DNA of 64,000 nucleotides, from the NCBI GenBank assembly GCA_963846575.1, contig CAWJWJ010000001.1, positions 224,001 to 288,000 of the forward strand, written 5' to 3'. The translations under genes and the position numbers were made by a program. The notes below the pieces were generated by a model. That model saw only the letters and a list, made by a program, of their open reading frames with translations, was not told the origin of the DNA and made no database searches. Below are positions 9,738 through 20,136 of this stretch, one piece after another. Within the stretch, counting starts at the first letter, position 1. Each line of letters starts with the position of its first letter. Origin of the DNA: an uncultured Nitrospiraceae bacterium (lineage in GTDB: Bacteria; Nitrospirota; Nitrospiria; Nitrospirales; Nitrospiraceae).

Positions 9738-10439
9738 TCAGTCGAGGCAGGGTAACACGAACAAACCGGACCGATGGCCATAGAGCAATAGTTGCTGTCT
9801 GCTCTTGACGCCCAGTTTATCGAAGATGCTCGTGACGTGGTGGCGCACCGTGATATCGGAAATGCCAAGCAGTGCGGCAATATCCTTATTCGAAAGCCCT
9901 TGACCAATCCCGAGGATCACCTCACGCTCTCGTTCGGTCAGGATGTTCGGCCACCGCTTCTCTGCCGGAGCGGTCTTTACAATTCCCCCGGCCACTTCCC
10001 CCGAGGCCAGGTTGAGCAGCCTCCCAGCAATCAGGCGTTCCTCCGGTTGGGCAGATTGCCCGAGGCTGTCGATCGTCGCGATCAGCACCACGGCCGGCTG
10101 GACCGTCAGCACGATCGCATCGACCTCAACCGGGACCCGCCCGCCGGTTGGACATTCCCCGCCCAATCCGCAGAGCGCGACAATCTTCGCATCGACCGCG
10201 ACCTCCTTGATCAGGCGAACCAATGCCGGCAGATCGCACGTGGATTCCGTATCGATCAGCACGACCTGGGGTTTGGCATGCAGCAGCAGGACTGAGGTCG
10301 CCTCGAGGCTATGGGCATGTCCGACCAGATGAAGATGCGCGGCCGCTGTCATGGCCTGTTGCAACCCAAGCCATAGGAGATCCTGACCGGTGACGACTGC
10401 GACGCGAAGCGGCTCGCAAGCGACGATCGTGTGGCTCAT
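9738..10439 (-). CDS. LuxR-family regulator with atypical receiver domain
   Basis: LTEREREVI...GLSNKDIA...LGISDITVRHH...IFDKLGV HTH; degenerate REC domain. Confidence 0.88.
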   Translation of the reverse strand: MSHTIVACEPLRVAVVTGQDLLWLGLQQAMTAAAHLHLVGHAHSLEATSVLLLHAKPQVVLIDTESTCDLPALVRLIKEVAVDAKIVALCGLGGECPTGGRVPVEVDAIVLTVQPAVVLIATIDSLGQSAQPEERLIAGRLLNLASGEVAGGIVKTAPAEKRWPNILTEREREVILGIGQGLSNKDIAALLGISDITVRHHVTSIFDKLGVKSRQQLLLYGHRSGLFVLPCLD

Positions 10440-10547
10440 CACTCTTTCTCGACCTGATCCTCAGCGAGTATCGCCTTGGAAACGGCATCCTGAAAACACA
10501 TCGGCCACCCAGCCAGGACTCGGGCCCGCCCGGGCCCTCCCCGCCAC

Positions 10548-11432
10548 CTATGGCAGGCCGCGCTTCCGATGACCCGCCTTCTCCTGATCGTAGGAAAACC
10601 ACTCCACCGGACAATCTGCCTGCGTGAGGGTTGACGGCCTGCTCCGAAGTCCATAATCAAGCGTGCAGAGGGGCTGTCTCAGTAAAATCATCCGTTCCAC
10701 CTGTTTCAGAATGCACTGCAGGGCCGCCTGCACGACGGGATTATCCGTCTTACCAAGGAGCGATTCGGCATGTCCGAGGATGACATTGAGCGGCGTGCCC
10801 ATTTCTCGAGCCAGGCTGCAGACATTCGCGCGCCAGGCCGTCACTTCCTCGATGAATTTCAGCTCGTCCAGCAGGTGTTGATCCTCGTCGGCCTGCCCCG
10901 AAGGCATGAGGGTATTCAGGAGGAGTTCGCCGTGAGGGTCCTCCTGCCCTGCCGCCTCCACATATTCGTCACGTTGCCCGAGGGACGCCTCCATGACGAG
11001 CTCGAGCTCACGAAAGACCACTTTGAGCAGGGCGCTCCACACCGTTCGGTGCACAGAGGGCTGGTCAGCGAATTGTTCATGGACCAGCGGTTGCAGAGCG
11101 GTGGCGAAATGGGTCAGCGAGCGAAGGTGCCAGCCGGCGCCGAGACCGAACGGGTCTTGATACGCTGACTCATGCCCATTGCCGCCCTCGAACCGGCCGG
11201 GTGATTCCGTCGTCAAGAGATCGAGCAGGTACTGGCGCTGCGACTGCTGGAGTCGCTCCACTGCGAGGGAACTCTCCAGCAGCCACGCGTGGCAGGGGTC
11301 GCTGCCGAGTTGAAGCACCAGGGTCTCGAGAATGAGGTCGAGATGGCGGAAGACGAGCGGCCGAAGGAGAGTGAGCGAAGCCCGTTCTTCTTGGCTGAGG
11401 AGCAGCTGATCTTCGCGCCCGCGACCTTCCAT
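10548..11432 (-). CDS. Protoglobin-like sensor fused to a degenerate HisKA helix, no ATPase domain
   Basis: AGGGAGG RBS; VERLQQSQRQYLLDL...GLGAGWH...ALLKVV globin-sensor-like pattern; SLAREMGTPLNVILG H-box with H->R. Confidence 0.65.
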   Translation of the reverse strand: MEGRGREDQLLLSQEERASLTLLRPLVFRHLDLILETLVLQLGSDPCHAWLLESSLAVERLQQSQRQYLLDLLTTESPGRFEGGNGHESAYQDPFGLGAGWHLRSLTHFATALQPLVHEQFADQPSVHRTVWSALLKVVFRELELVMEASLGQRDEYVEAAGQEDPHGELLLNTLMPSGQADEDQHLLDELKFIEEVTAWRANVCSLAREMGTPLNVILGHAESLLGKTDNPVVQAALQCILKQVERMILLRQPLCTLDYGLRSRPSTLTQADCPVEWFSYDQEKAGHRKRGLP

Positions 11433-11539
11433 CACGGCCTCCCTGTTGTCACGACGTTGCAATCCGGCATCCGCATCATGCCTTGAACCATCCCACGCCT
11501 GCGGTGGCAGGAATATCGACGACTGGAAATCGCGCCGGG

Positions 11540-11971
11540 TCACAGTGACTTCACAACCGGCTCGGCTTCCGTTTCCTGCATTCCCACCCCTTGTCCAACG
11601 TAGCTCTCTCCGGCTAACACATGGAGTACCGCTTGAGGCAACTCGGCGACCGCGCACCGTTTGAGTACATAGCCGGAGGCGCCTGCATCAAACGCCAAGG
11701 ACACATAGGCGGACGATCGATAGAGCGTGAGAATGATCACCTTGCTCGCCGGCGTACAGTCCCTCAGAGCCCGCGTCGCATCGAGGCCATTGAGGCCGGG
11801 CATCGAGATATCAGTAATGATGACGTCGGGGTGCAGACGTCGGGCCACGTCCACGAGCGAGAGACCATCCGTGACGGTCTCCACCACCTCACCCAGGTCT
11901 CTGAGGAGATACCGCAAGGCCTCCAGGATATTGGGATGGGCGTCCGCGAGGATGATACGTGGCTGGTTCAT
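11540..11971 (-). CDS. Single-domain response regulator (NarL-type REC)
   Basis: PDVIITDISMPGLNGL, GASGYVLK. Confidence 0.9.
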   Translation of the reverse strand: MNQPRIILADAHPNILEALRYLLRDLGEVVETVTDGLSLVDVARRLHPDVIITDISMPGLNGLDATRALRDCTPASKVIILTLYRSSAYVSLAFDAGASGYVLKRCAVAELPQAVLHVLAGESYVGQGVGMQETEAEPVVKSL

Positions 11972-12368
11972 GGCGTTCTTCGTTCCATCGGCGGGCGAAT
12001 CGTAAGCGTTCAGCTTTTTGCCTCATACTAGGAAAAACCAGTGGAAGACGGGGGCAATGTTACCAGCGGGCTACTGGGGGCTCAGCCAGCGACAGGACCA
12101 CACCGGCGACGATGAACGTTTCGACCAATACGTAGAATACAGGGCATCGACTTGTCGCCATTCATCGGACGACCGTGCGATGGCGGAGGCCAGGGACCGG
12201 CGGTTGTTGGGACAGTAGACGGCTTCCGGCTCCTGGAGACAACAGATCCCGGAGAGGAACGGGACCCTCGACAGTCTGCGGGGCCATGACGTTGAGTCCG
12301 GAGCGCGTGATGGAGTGGAACACCGGGAGAAGGTGCGGGAACCAACCGACGGATGCGACGAGGGCCGC

Positions 12369-13016
12369 TTAGATGCCGATGAGTCCTTCGGTCAACGCAT
12401 ATTTGGTCAGCTCGGCGGTGGAATGGAGATCCAGCTGCCGCATGATCCCCGCCTTATGAAACTCGACCGTCTTGACCGTCACATTGAGGATGCTGGCGAT
12501 CTGCTTGGTGCCCCGGCCCTCCGCGACCAGTTGGAGCACCTCCCGTTGGCGGCAGGTCAGGGTCGTGGACCCGGAGTCGCCGCGTTTGCCCACCGTTTTC
12601 TTCAGGACCGCACCCAGCACGTCTTTCGTGATCAGCGGCGTGAGGTAGTGCTGACCATGCAGCACCGACTCCATGGCCTGATGCAGTTCTGAGGCGGCGC
12701 TGCGTTTCAGTAAATACCCGGAAGCTCCTGCCTGAAACGCCTCCGTCGCATAGGTGGGGCTGGCATGCATGGTCAAAAAGATCAGCTTGACCTCGGGCAT
12801 GAGCCGTCCTAACTGGCGGGCGGCATCCAGGCCGTTCAGTAGCGGCATCGCAATATCCAGCAGGATCAGATCGGGTTTCAATCGCTGGGCCGCCTCGATC
12901 AACGCTCGTCCGTCCTCGACGGTGGCCACCACCTCACATTCGCTTTCGACCAGTTTTCTCAGGCCCGCCAGAATCAGCGAATGGTCGTCAGCCATAATCA
13001 CGCGCGGCCGTTTCAT
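12369..13016 (-). CDS. NarL/LuxR family response regulator
   Basis: ADDH, LLDIAMP, GYLLK, LTCRQREVL...KTVEFH. Confidence 0.95.
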   Translation of the reverse strand: MKRPRVIMADDHSLILAGLRKLVESECEVVATVEDGRALIEAAQRLKPDLILLDIAMPLLNGLDAARQLGRLMPEVKLIFLTMHASPTYATEAFQAGASGYLLKRSAASELHQAMESVLHGQHYLTPLITKDVLGAVLKKTVGKRGDSGSTTLTCRQREVLQLVAEGRGTKQIASILNVTVKTVEFHKAGIMRQLDLHSTAELTKYALTEGLIGI

Positions 13017-15067
13017 GTGTCCCCCCAATTCCGCGGCACCCAGGCGCAGATCTTCGTGCCATGGCCCGCTAAAGAATGCACTCGAAAGAACCCGCCCAGG
13101 AGACGCAGCCGCTCCTGCATGCTGAGCAACCCGAGGCCTTTGGCGCGGGAGGTTCGATTCGCAGGATCGAATCCTTTTCCGTTATCGCGGACGGACAGGC
13201 CGAATCCTTTGGAAGACCCGCTCAGACTCACCGTCGCGCGGGTTGCCTGGGCATGTTTGAACACATTCTGAAGGCTCTCCTGCAAGACGCGAAACAGATT
13301 GGTGGCTATCTCCGACGTCAGATGCTCAGGAATGTGCCGGGCGACAATCTGCACCGGCAATCCGGTGCGCTGCGAAAACTCTTCCACATAGTCTCGCGCG
13401 GCGACCTCCAACCCCACATGCTCGAGCAGTGAGGGATGCAGCCGGTAGGCCATATCGTGCAGATCATCGGAGAGCTGGCCGACCTGGCCGCGCAGGGCCG
13501 TGAGCTGCTGCGCCAACGGCAGCCCGTCCGGCCCCGCGGCCTGCTCCATGGTTTCCAGCTCTACGGACAAGGCCGCCAGCCGCTGGTTGAAATCATCATG
13601 CAGCTCCCGGGCAATCCTCCGCCGCTCCTGCTCTTGTGCCTCGAGGAGTTTTCCGGCCAGGGATTCCAGTTCAACTCGCTGTTTGCCGAGCAGCACCACA
13701 TGGTCTTCCAGGGCCCGGGCCATTCGCACACGTTCGGAAATATCCACATGCGAAATGACGACCGCGCCGGAGCCTTTCAGCACCTTCACGCGCATGACGA
13801 ACCAATGTTGTTCCGTCGGCGAATGACAGGCATATTCCGTTGAAAAGTAGGGTCGGGATCCCGCCAAAACCGATTCAATACCACGCAGAATCTCTGCAAC
13901 CGTGGGATCCCCGCCGACGATCGCTTTCCGGCAGATATCGAGATAATTGTCTCCGACGTCCGCCTTCGCGACCGCTCTGTCCGAGTTGTGACCGGCAAAT
14001 TCTGTCCAGGCCTCATTGACCTTGAGAATGACCCCATGCCTGTCCAGCACACAGACATGCGAAGACAAAGAATCAAAAATAGCGTTACTGAAGGCGTCGC
14101 TGGCCCGTAGCGCCTCATCTGCCGCCTTCCGCTCGCTGATATCCCGGAGGATGACGGTCAGCAACAGCCGGCCATTGACGTTGACCCGCGAAATGGACGC
14201 CTCGATGGGAAATTCCTCCCCGTTGGCCCGGAGACCGCGCAATTCCCCCATGCCCCTCAGCGACCGCTGGGCTGTGCCGCTCTGAGCGAAGGCGGCGAGA
14301 TGCCCGGGATGGGCCTCCCGATACCGGGCAGGAAGGAACCGGTCGAGCGGCCGGCCGAGGGCATCGGCAGCGGCACAACCGAAGATGGCTTCCGCCGCGC
14401 GGTTGAACAGCACGACCTGCTGTTGGTCATCCAGCGTGATAATCGCATCCATCGCCGAATCGATCACGGCCTCGAGCTGTCGCTCCCGGCCGAACAGCTC
14501 CCGTTTGGCCTGCTGGTAATCGCTGACGTCCAACAGGGCCGTGCGGCAATGCATGACACCCCCGGGTTCCACTTCGAACGCGAGACTCTCGAGGTGCAGG
14601 TAGCGGACGCTGTCGCCTTGTTTCCGCAGCCGTACCTCGCAGGTTTGACGCAGGCATGTTCTGAACGCGACGTGACAATGTTCCTCAAACAACGCCTGAT
14701 CGTCCGGCTCGATAAAGAGAATAATCGGCGTGCCGATCAGATCCTGTCGCTGCACCTCCAGTAACATCGCCGCCCGTACGTTGGCCTCGGCGATCTTGCC
14801 GTGGGTATCCAGCGTGAGATGGCCGGCCGGAGAGAAGTCGTAGAGGTCCATGTACCGGTCACGCACCGCTTCGAGCTCGACCTGGGCACGGCGCAGTTCC
14901 TCATTCTGCATCTCCAACTCGATCCGGTGCACCTCCAGCTCCTGCACCACGCGCTCGATATCCTTGACCGCCATACGGGTCAGATCCTTCCTGGTCCCGC
15001 CGAGGCGTGCTTCGGCCCGCTGGCGCAGGTGCATCGAGTGCTCCGGGTTGTTCGACTGCTCCGGCAT
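13013..15067 (-). CDS. Multi-PAS sensor histidine kinase (HisKA_3 type)
   Basis: RRIARELHDD H-box, QESLQNVFKHA, DNGKGF, GLGLLSMQER; three PAS-like domains; stop overlaps the regulator start. Confidence 0.95.
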   Translation of the reverse strand: MPEQSNNPEHSMHLRQRAEARLGGTRKDLTRMAVKDIERVVQELEVHRIELEMQNEELRRAQVELEAVRDRYMDLYDFSPAGHLTLDTHGKIAEANVRAAMLLEVQRQDLIGTPIILFIEPDDQALFEEHCHVAFRTCLRQTCEVRLRKQGDSVRYLHLESLAFEVEPGGVMHCRTALLDVSDYQQAKRELFGRERQLEAVIDSAMDAIITLDDQQQVVLFNRAAEAIFGCAAADALGRPLDRFLPARYREAHPGHLAAFAQSGTAQRSLRGMGELRGLRANGEEFPIEASISRVNVNGRLLLTVILRDISERKAADEALRASDAFSNAIFDSLSSHVCVLDRHGVILKVNEAWTEFAGHNSDRAVAKADVGDNYLDICRKAIVGGDPTVAEILRGIESVLAGSRPYFSTEYACHSPTEQHWFVMRVKVLKGSGAVVISHVDISERVRMARALEDHVVLLGKQRVELESLAGKLLEAQEQERRRIARELHDDFNQRLAALSVELETMEQAAGPDGLPLAQQLTALRGQVGQLSDDLHDMAYRLHPSLLEHVGLEVAARDYVEEFSQRTGLPVQIVARHIPEHLTSEIATNLFRVLQESLQNVFKHAQATRATVSLSGSSKGFGLSVRDNGKGFDPANRTSRAKGLGLLSMQERLRLLGGFFRVHSLAGHGTKICAWVPRNWGDT

Positions 15068-15124
15068 CACGTCTCCGATTGCCCGATAGTCACAGGAAGA
15101 TCCGCACTCACCACTGCCCTGAGC

Positions 15125-18100
15125 TCATTGCGCGTTGGAACCGTCATCAGGGATCTTCGATTCTTCCATCGCCAGTAAAATTCGCCCGGGCCGCGCTCCC
15201 TTCTGCTCGAGTTGACGCCCGTTCAGGGCCAGCACTCTCCGTCCGATGTGGGGAAAGGTCTGATCGAGCAGAAAATCCTCGAAGGAGGTGCGATTCGGCA
15301 GAATGTCTTCGAGCAGGGACCGCAGGCCCGGACTGTTCCACGCTCCGCCGCACAGATGGTACAGCAGTTGCTGCTCGACTTCCCGCGGGGCGACCCGGAA
15401 GAACTGGTAGAAGGTTCGATTGGCCGTGACCACCCGAAGCTGATCGTCCAGCATCAACACGGGCTCACGGACCGTTTCCACGATGCGGTCGGCAAGTCCG
15501 CGCGCAGCCAGGACGACCTGCTCCGCCTCTTTTATTTTGGTAATATCCACGAAGGTCAGGACCAGGCCGTCGATCGTGTTCTTTGACGTGCGATAGGGCA
15601 GGATCCGCATCAGAAACCAGCTGCCATCCGTGGACTGCACCTCCCGTTCCTGCGCCACCAGGGTCTGGAGCACCGACTGTGCATCCTCCAACATCCGGTC
15701 GTCGGCCACTTTGGACACAATATCCGATAACGGCCGTCCCACATCCGGCGCGATGAGATGGCTGACACGTTTGGCCTCGCTGGTGAACCGTTTCACGCGC
15801 AAGTCATTATCCAGAAAGATGGTCGCGACTTCCGTGCTGTTCAGGAGGTTCTGCAGGTCATCGTTCACCTCCGCCAGCGCGGCCAGCTTGCCCTGCAGTT
15901 CAGAGTTGACGGTCACCAATTCCTCGTTCATCGACTGCATTTCTTCTTTTGTCGTTTCCAGTTCCTCGTTAATGCTTTGCAGCTCTTCATTGGTGGACTG
16001 CATCTCTTCGTTGAAGGACTTCGACTCCTCATTGGCGATCTGGAGTTCATCGATCGTCCGTTGCAACCGGTGCCTGGTGTACTCCAATTCGTGCTGCAGG
16101 CTCTCATCGCCTTTCTTGGGTCCTCGCGCCCCGCGAACGGGCCGGCCCTTGGCCTCCGGTGTCCGGCTGTGGGGCTCCTCTTCAAACGTGATGAGCAGCA
16201 GCCCTCGAATGGCCGACGGTTCGTTCAGCTTCTTCACCCGGATCGTGGTGAAGGACTCGTCCCCGTTCGCCGAAACCTTCACTCCGCGACGGACCACTTC
16301 CAGCTCGGTGCCGACCGCCTGAGGAAGCAACGTCGCCAACTCATGCCGCAAGCCGTCTCGCGCCATGTCCAACACCTGATGGGTCGGCAGGCCCGGCGCC
16401 GGCTCGAGGTAGGCGCCCGTGCGGCCGTGGATATAGATGACCTTGCCGCGGTCGTTCACAATGACCGCGGCGGGCGCATACCGCGCCACCAACAGTCGTT
16501 GGATGACATCGGAGATCGACGCGAGTTGCGCAGGCGGAGACTGAGCCGGGCCGGGCTGCCGCAGCGGGGCCGAATCTCTGCCCGCCTCATGGGGAAGTCG
16601 TGACAGGTCGGGCAGCATGCCGGGCTCGTCCGTCCGGATGAACAGCTTCGATTTGCGATCCAGGGTCGAGAAGAGAGTCTCGAACCCCGCGATCGATTCG
16701 GAGGAACCCAGCAACAGGAGGCCGTGGGGATTCAACGCATAGTGGAAGAGCGGCAATACTTTGCGTTGGGCCGCGATGTCCAGATAGATGAGGAGATTAC
16801 GGCAGGACAAGAGATCGAGTTTCGTGAAGGGCGGGTCGCTGAGCAGATTGTGTTTGGCAAACACCACGAGATCACGAATCTCTTTCTTCACGCGATAACT
16901 GCTGTCCTCCTTGGTAAAGAACCGCTGCAGCCGCGCCGCCGTCAGATCTCCGGCAATTCCGACCGGATAGAGGCCGGCCCGCGCCGTCTGAATGGCCCGC
17001 TCGTCCAGGTCGGAGGCAAAAATATGTAAGAGGAGACGGCGCTTCCGGCGGGCCAGACATTCCACCAGGAGCATGGCCAACGAGTAGGCCTCCTCCCCCG
17101 TGGAACAGCCGGGCACCCAGACACGCAGGGTAGACCCATCCGGTATTTTCTCGACCAGGGCGGGCAAGCCCTTCTCCATCAGCGATTCGAAGGCCTGTGT
17201 ATCCCGGAAGAAACTTGTCACACCGATGAGCAGCTCATGAAACAGCGCATCGAGTTCCGTAGGGTGGTTTTGCACAAAATGAAGATATTGCCGAAGGTCC
17301 TCAATCTGATGCACGTTCATCCGGCGCTCGATCCGGCGCTGTATCGTGTTCTCTTTGTAGAGTGCGAAGTCACTCCTCGTGCGGTCGCGCAGGAGAATGT
17401 AAATTTTCTGCAGCGTCTGCGAGGCATCGCTTTCGGGGAGCGGCGTGAGGGGACGAAGCAGGCTCCGCGCGTAGGCCTGAATCGCCTCCGGCATTTGCGC
17501 GGGAGACTGCACGACATCGACCACCCCGGCCGCGATCGCGCTGCGGGGCATGCCTTGATATTTGGCGGACTGGGGGTCCTGGGCGATGGTCATGCCGGAC
17601 TCCGCCTTGATCGTTCGCAGCCCGAGGGTTCCGTCAGTCCCGGTGCCGGACAGGATAATGCCGATGGCGCATTGTTTCTGATCCTCCGCCAGCGAGCGAA
17701 AAAAATAATCGATCGGCAGCGGAACACGATCCACGCCATCCGTCTCCATGATATGTAGTACCCCATGCAGAATCGCGAGATGCGTCCCGCCCGGCGCCAG
17801 GTACACATGATTGGGGACCAGCGGCATCCCGTCCGCGGCTTCGACGACCGGCATGGCCGTGCACTTCCCCAAGAGGCTCGGGAGTAAGCTGACATGCCCC
17901 GCCTGCTGATGCGACACCACCACGAACGCGATCCCGCTCTCCGGAGGCATCTGCCGGAAGAACTCCTCCATGGATTCCAGCCCGCCGGCCGACGCGCCGA
18001 TCCCGACGGACAACAGACCCGGCACGGATTGAGAAAGGGTCTTGGAGGGGGCAGGATTTCGGGGAGTTCTCGGAGGAATGACTGGAGGTCGCCGGGCGCC

Positions 18101-18163
18101 CTTCGGGCTCTTGGCTGCCTTGGAGTGGGTCGTGCTCCCGGAAATTTTCCGCGCCCCGGCCAC
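15125..18163 (-). CDS. CheB-CheR fusion with coiled coil and PAS domains
   Basis: [38 protein letters not shown] repeats; start codon uncertain. Confidence 0.93.
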   Translation of the reverse strand: MAGARKISGSTTHSKAAKSPKGARRPPVIPPRTPRNPAPSKTLSQSVPGLLSVGIGASAGGLESMEEFFRQMPPESGIAFVVVSHQQAGHVSLLPSLLGKCTAMPVVEAADGMPLVPNHVYLAPGGTHLAILHGVLHIMETDGVDRVPLPIDYFFRSLAEDQKQCAIGIILSGTGTDGTLGLRTIKAESGMTIAQDPQSAKYQGMPRSAIAAGVVDVVQSPAQMPEAIQAYARSLLRPLTPLPESDASQTLQKIYILLRDRTRSDFALYKENTIQRRIERRMNVHQIEDLRQYLHFVQNHPTELDALFHELLIGVTSFFRDTQAFESLMEKGLPALVEKIPDGSTLRVWVPGCSTGEEAYSLAMLLVECLARRKRRLLLHIFASDLDERAIQTARAGLYPVGIAGDLTAARLQRFFTKEDSSYRVKKEIRDLVVFAKHNLLSDPPFTKLDLLSCRNLLIYLDIAAQRKVLPLFHYALNPHGLLLLGSSESIAGFETLFSTLDRKSKLFIRTDEPGMLPDLSRLPHEAGRDSAPLRQPGPAQSPPAQLASISDVIQRLLVARYAPAAVIVNDRGKVIYIHGRTGAYLEPAPGLPTHQVLDMARDGLRHELATLLPQAVGTELEVVRRGVKVSANGDESFTTIRVKKLNEPSAIRGLLLITFEEEPHSRTPEAKGRPVRGARGPKKGDESLQHELEYTRHRLQRTIDELQIANEESKSFNEEMQSTNEELQSINEELETTKEEMQSMNEELVTVNSELQGKLAALAEVNDDLQNLLNSTEVATIFLDNDLRVKRFTSEAKRVSHLIAPDVGRPLSDIVSKVADDRMLEDAQSVLQTLVAQEREVQSTDGSWFLMRILPYRTSKNTIDGLVLTFVDITKIKEAEQVVLAARGLADRIVETVREPVLMLDDQLRVVTANRTFYQFFRVAPREVEQQLLYHLCGGAWNSPGLRSLLEDILPNRTSFEDFLLDQTFPHIGRRVLALNGRQLEQKGARPGRILLAMEESKIPDDGSNAQ

Positions 18164-18447
18164 AGAAGCCTCACCGTAAAAAAAGAATCCGCCTCTCACG
18201 TTGTGTGCAAGACGGCATAAGGCAGGTGGATCAGGGGCGCAAGTCTAAGCCTTTTCAGCATTTCCCACAAGCATGAAGCCGGAGCGGGAGGCCCTAGTAG
18301 CCTTCTCATTTGAAAACTAGGGCGGCTCCCAGTGTTCGAGTGAAGCAATTCCGCATACAAGGATGTTGCATCCTGTCCATCCCATGCGCTGCGGCCCGTG
18401 GGATGACGCACAAACGAATGATCATTTCGAGATTAGGAATCGACGCC

Positions 18448-18774
18448 ATGGCTCATACAGATCCTCTGGAACTGGCTATCCGCAAGGAACTCGGCCGGGT
18501 CTACCTTTGCACCCTGGACGAATTGAGCGCCCTGCTGGACCGGTTTCCCGCTGCGCAGGTCGCCGCAACCGTGGAGCGCCTGACAGGTGAAGGAGCGATC
18601 GCCTGCCGGAATTCCGACGCGTCCCGTTGCATTCTCTGGCTTCCACCGACCAGGGCCGGTCGGCGAGGATTCGAAGAGTCGCCAACGGCGGAAACGCCCG
18701 ATTCGGGCTTTGCAGAGACGCACCTGGCTCCAGACGCATGGACGGCATCCGCTGCTTCGTCGGGGAAGTTGTGA
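18448..18774 (+). CDS. Small hypothetical protein, possibly winged-helix
   Basis: AGGA RBS; CTLDELSALL...QVAATVERLTGEGAI pattern; first gene of an apparent operon. Confidence 0.6.
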   Translation: MAHTDPLELAIRKELGRVYLCTLDELSALLDRFPAAQVAATVERLTGEGAIACRNSDASRCILWLPPTRAGRRGFEESPTAETPDSGFAETHLAPDAWTASAASSGKL

Positions 18775-18823
18775 GGGGAACGAGGATCCGGGTTACCGTG
18801 CGAACGTCCGAATGGAGATTGTG

Positions 18824-19975
18824 ATGGCGACAAAAATGCAGCAGGCGGGTCAGCTCTGGTCCATTGTACTGGCAACCGGTGAGAGCGCCGGGGTCGATCC
18901 CTTCGTGTGCCGATGGCTGGGCCGCCCGTTACCCAAGGAATACTGCGCCTTCGTCGGAGGGCGCTCGATGTTCCAACATGCACTGGACCGGGCGGTTCAG
19001 ATTACGCCCCCGGAACGGCTGATCGCGGTGGTCGCGAAGGAACATCGCCAGGAGGCGTTTGAGCAACTCGACCGGCGCACCATCGGCGCGCTCCTGCTCC
19101 ACTCGATCCGCCAGGGAACAGTGGCAAGCCTCTTTCTCTCGCTCACCTACGTACAGGAGCGGGATCCGGACGCCACCGTGGTCGTGTTCCCTTCCGATCA
19201 TTTCGTCTACCCCGAAGAGCGCTATTTGGGTCAGGTGAAACGGGCCCTGTCGCTCGCCGAATCACATCCCGACCGGCTCCTCATGTTGGGGGCGCCACCG
19301 GACCGGCTCGAATTGGAATATGGGTGGATCCAACCGGGCCCGCGCCTGTCCGAGACCCCGGACGAGGACCTCAAGTCCGTGCAGTCAATCGTTGAGCAAC
19401 CATCTGCGGTCCAAGCCGACAGCCTGCTGCAAGCCGGAGGGCTCTGGAACACGAAAGCCTTCGTCGGCAAGGTGCGCACCCTTTGGAATCTCGGGTGGAC
19501 CTGCATTCCTCACTACATGCCCCTCTTCGAACGGCTCGGCCAGGCCATCGGTTGCCCGAACGAAGCGCTGGAACGTGACACGATCTTCCGTAAAGTACCG
19601 GCACTGAACTTCTTTGAACTCTTGCGGCAGGTGCCGGAGCGGCTGGCCATTCTCGAGCTGACCGGAGTTCTGTGGAGCGAATGGAAGAAACCGGCGCACA
19701 TCGCCGAAACCCTTCGTCGCATCGATCGGCGACCGGCGTTTCCCATGACGTGCCTCGACCGCCCGTTCGTTCCCCTCGCCAGACCGACGGTCGAGAACAG
19801 GCCCGACCTGATGGTGGCCCATTCGATCCCAACCGACATCCATGACATCGCCGAGCAGGCACTCCAGCGAGTCAGGACGAAAGGATTTCCCCTCTCCCCA
19901 AGGACCGCAAAGGGCGTCACAGCAGGCGTCGGACCGCCGGGATCTGCAGCAGTGGACCTCGAAGCGCGCCTGTAA
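18824..19975 (+). CDS. Mannose-1-phosphate guanylyltransferase-like nucleotidyltransferase with degenerate motif
   Basis: PKEYC, VFPSDH, EYGWI, LWNT, WSEW; LAGGxGxR replaced by LATGESAG. Confidence 0.8.
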   Translation: MATKMQQAGQLWSIVLATGESAGVDPFVCRWLGRPLPKEYCAFVGGRSMFQHALDRAVQITPPERLIAVVAKEHRQEAFEQLDRRTIGALLLHSIRQGTVASLFLSLTYVQERDPDATVVVFPSDHFVYPEERYLGQVKRALSLAESHPDRLLMLGAPPDRLELEYGWIQPGPRLSETPDEDLKSVQSIVEQPSAVQADSLLQAGGLWNTKAFVGKVRTLWNLGWTCIPHYMPLFERLGQAIGCPNEALERDTIFRKVPALNFFELLRQVPERLAILELTGVLWSEWKKPAHIAETLRRIDRRPAFPMTCLDRPFVPLARPTVENRPDLMVAHSIPTDIHDIAEQALQRVRTKGFPLSPRTAKGVTAGVGPPGSAAVDLEARL

Positions 19976-20136
19976 GATCCATACCGCACCATGGCGGGCG
20001 TGAGTGAGTGGGGGCCCTCAACGGCACAGCCGGAACCTCCCCTCGGCCTGCGCCTGTGTCCGCGTCTCAAGACATCACCTGGGCGGACGTCACCATCCCT
20101 GACCATCCGGGAGGACCGCTGAAACCGGGAGACACG

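Noticed and set aside
15890..16030. Short periodic repeats here and at 27280-27390
   Set aside because: They encode the EELQS heptad coils of CheBR; not CRISPR or a VNTR
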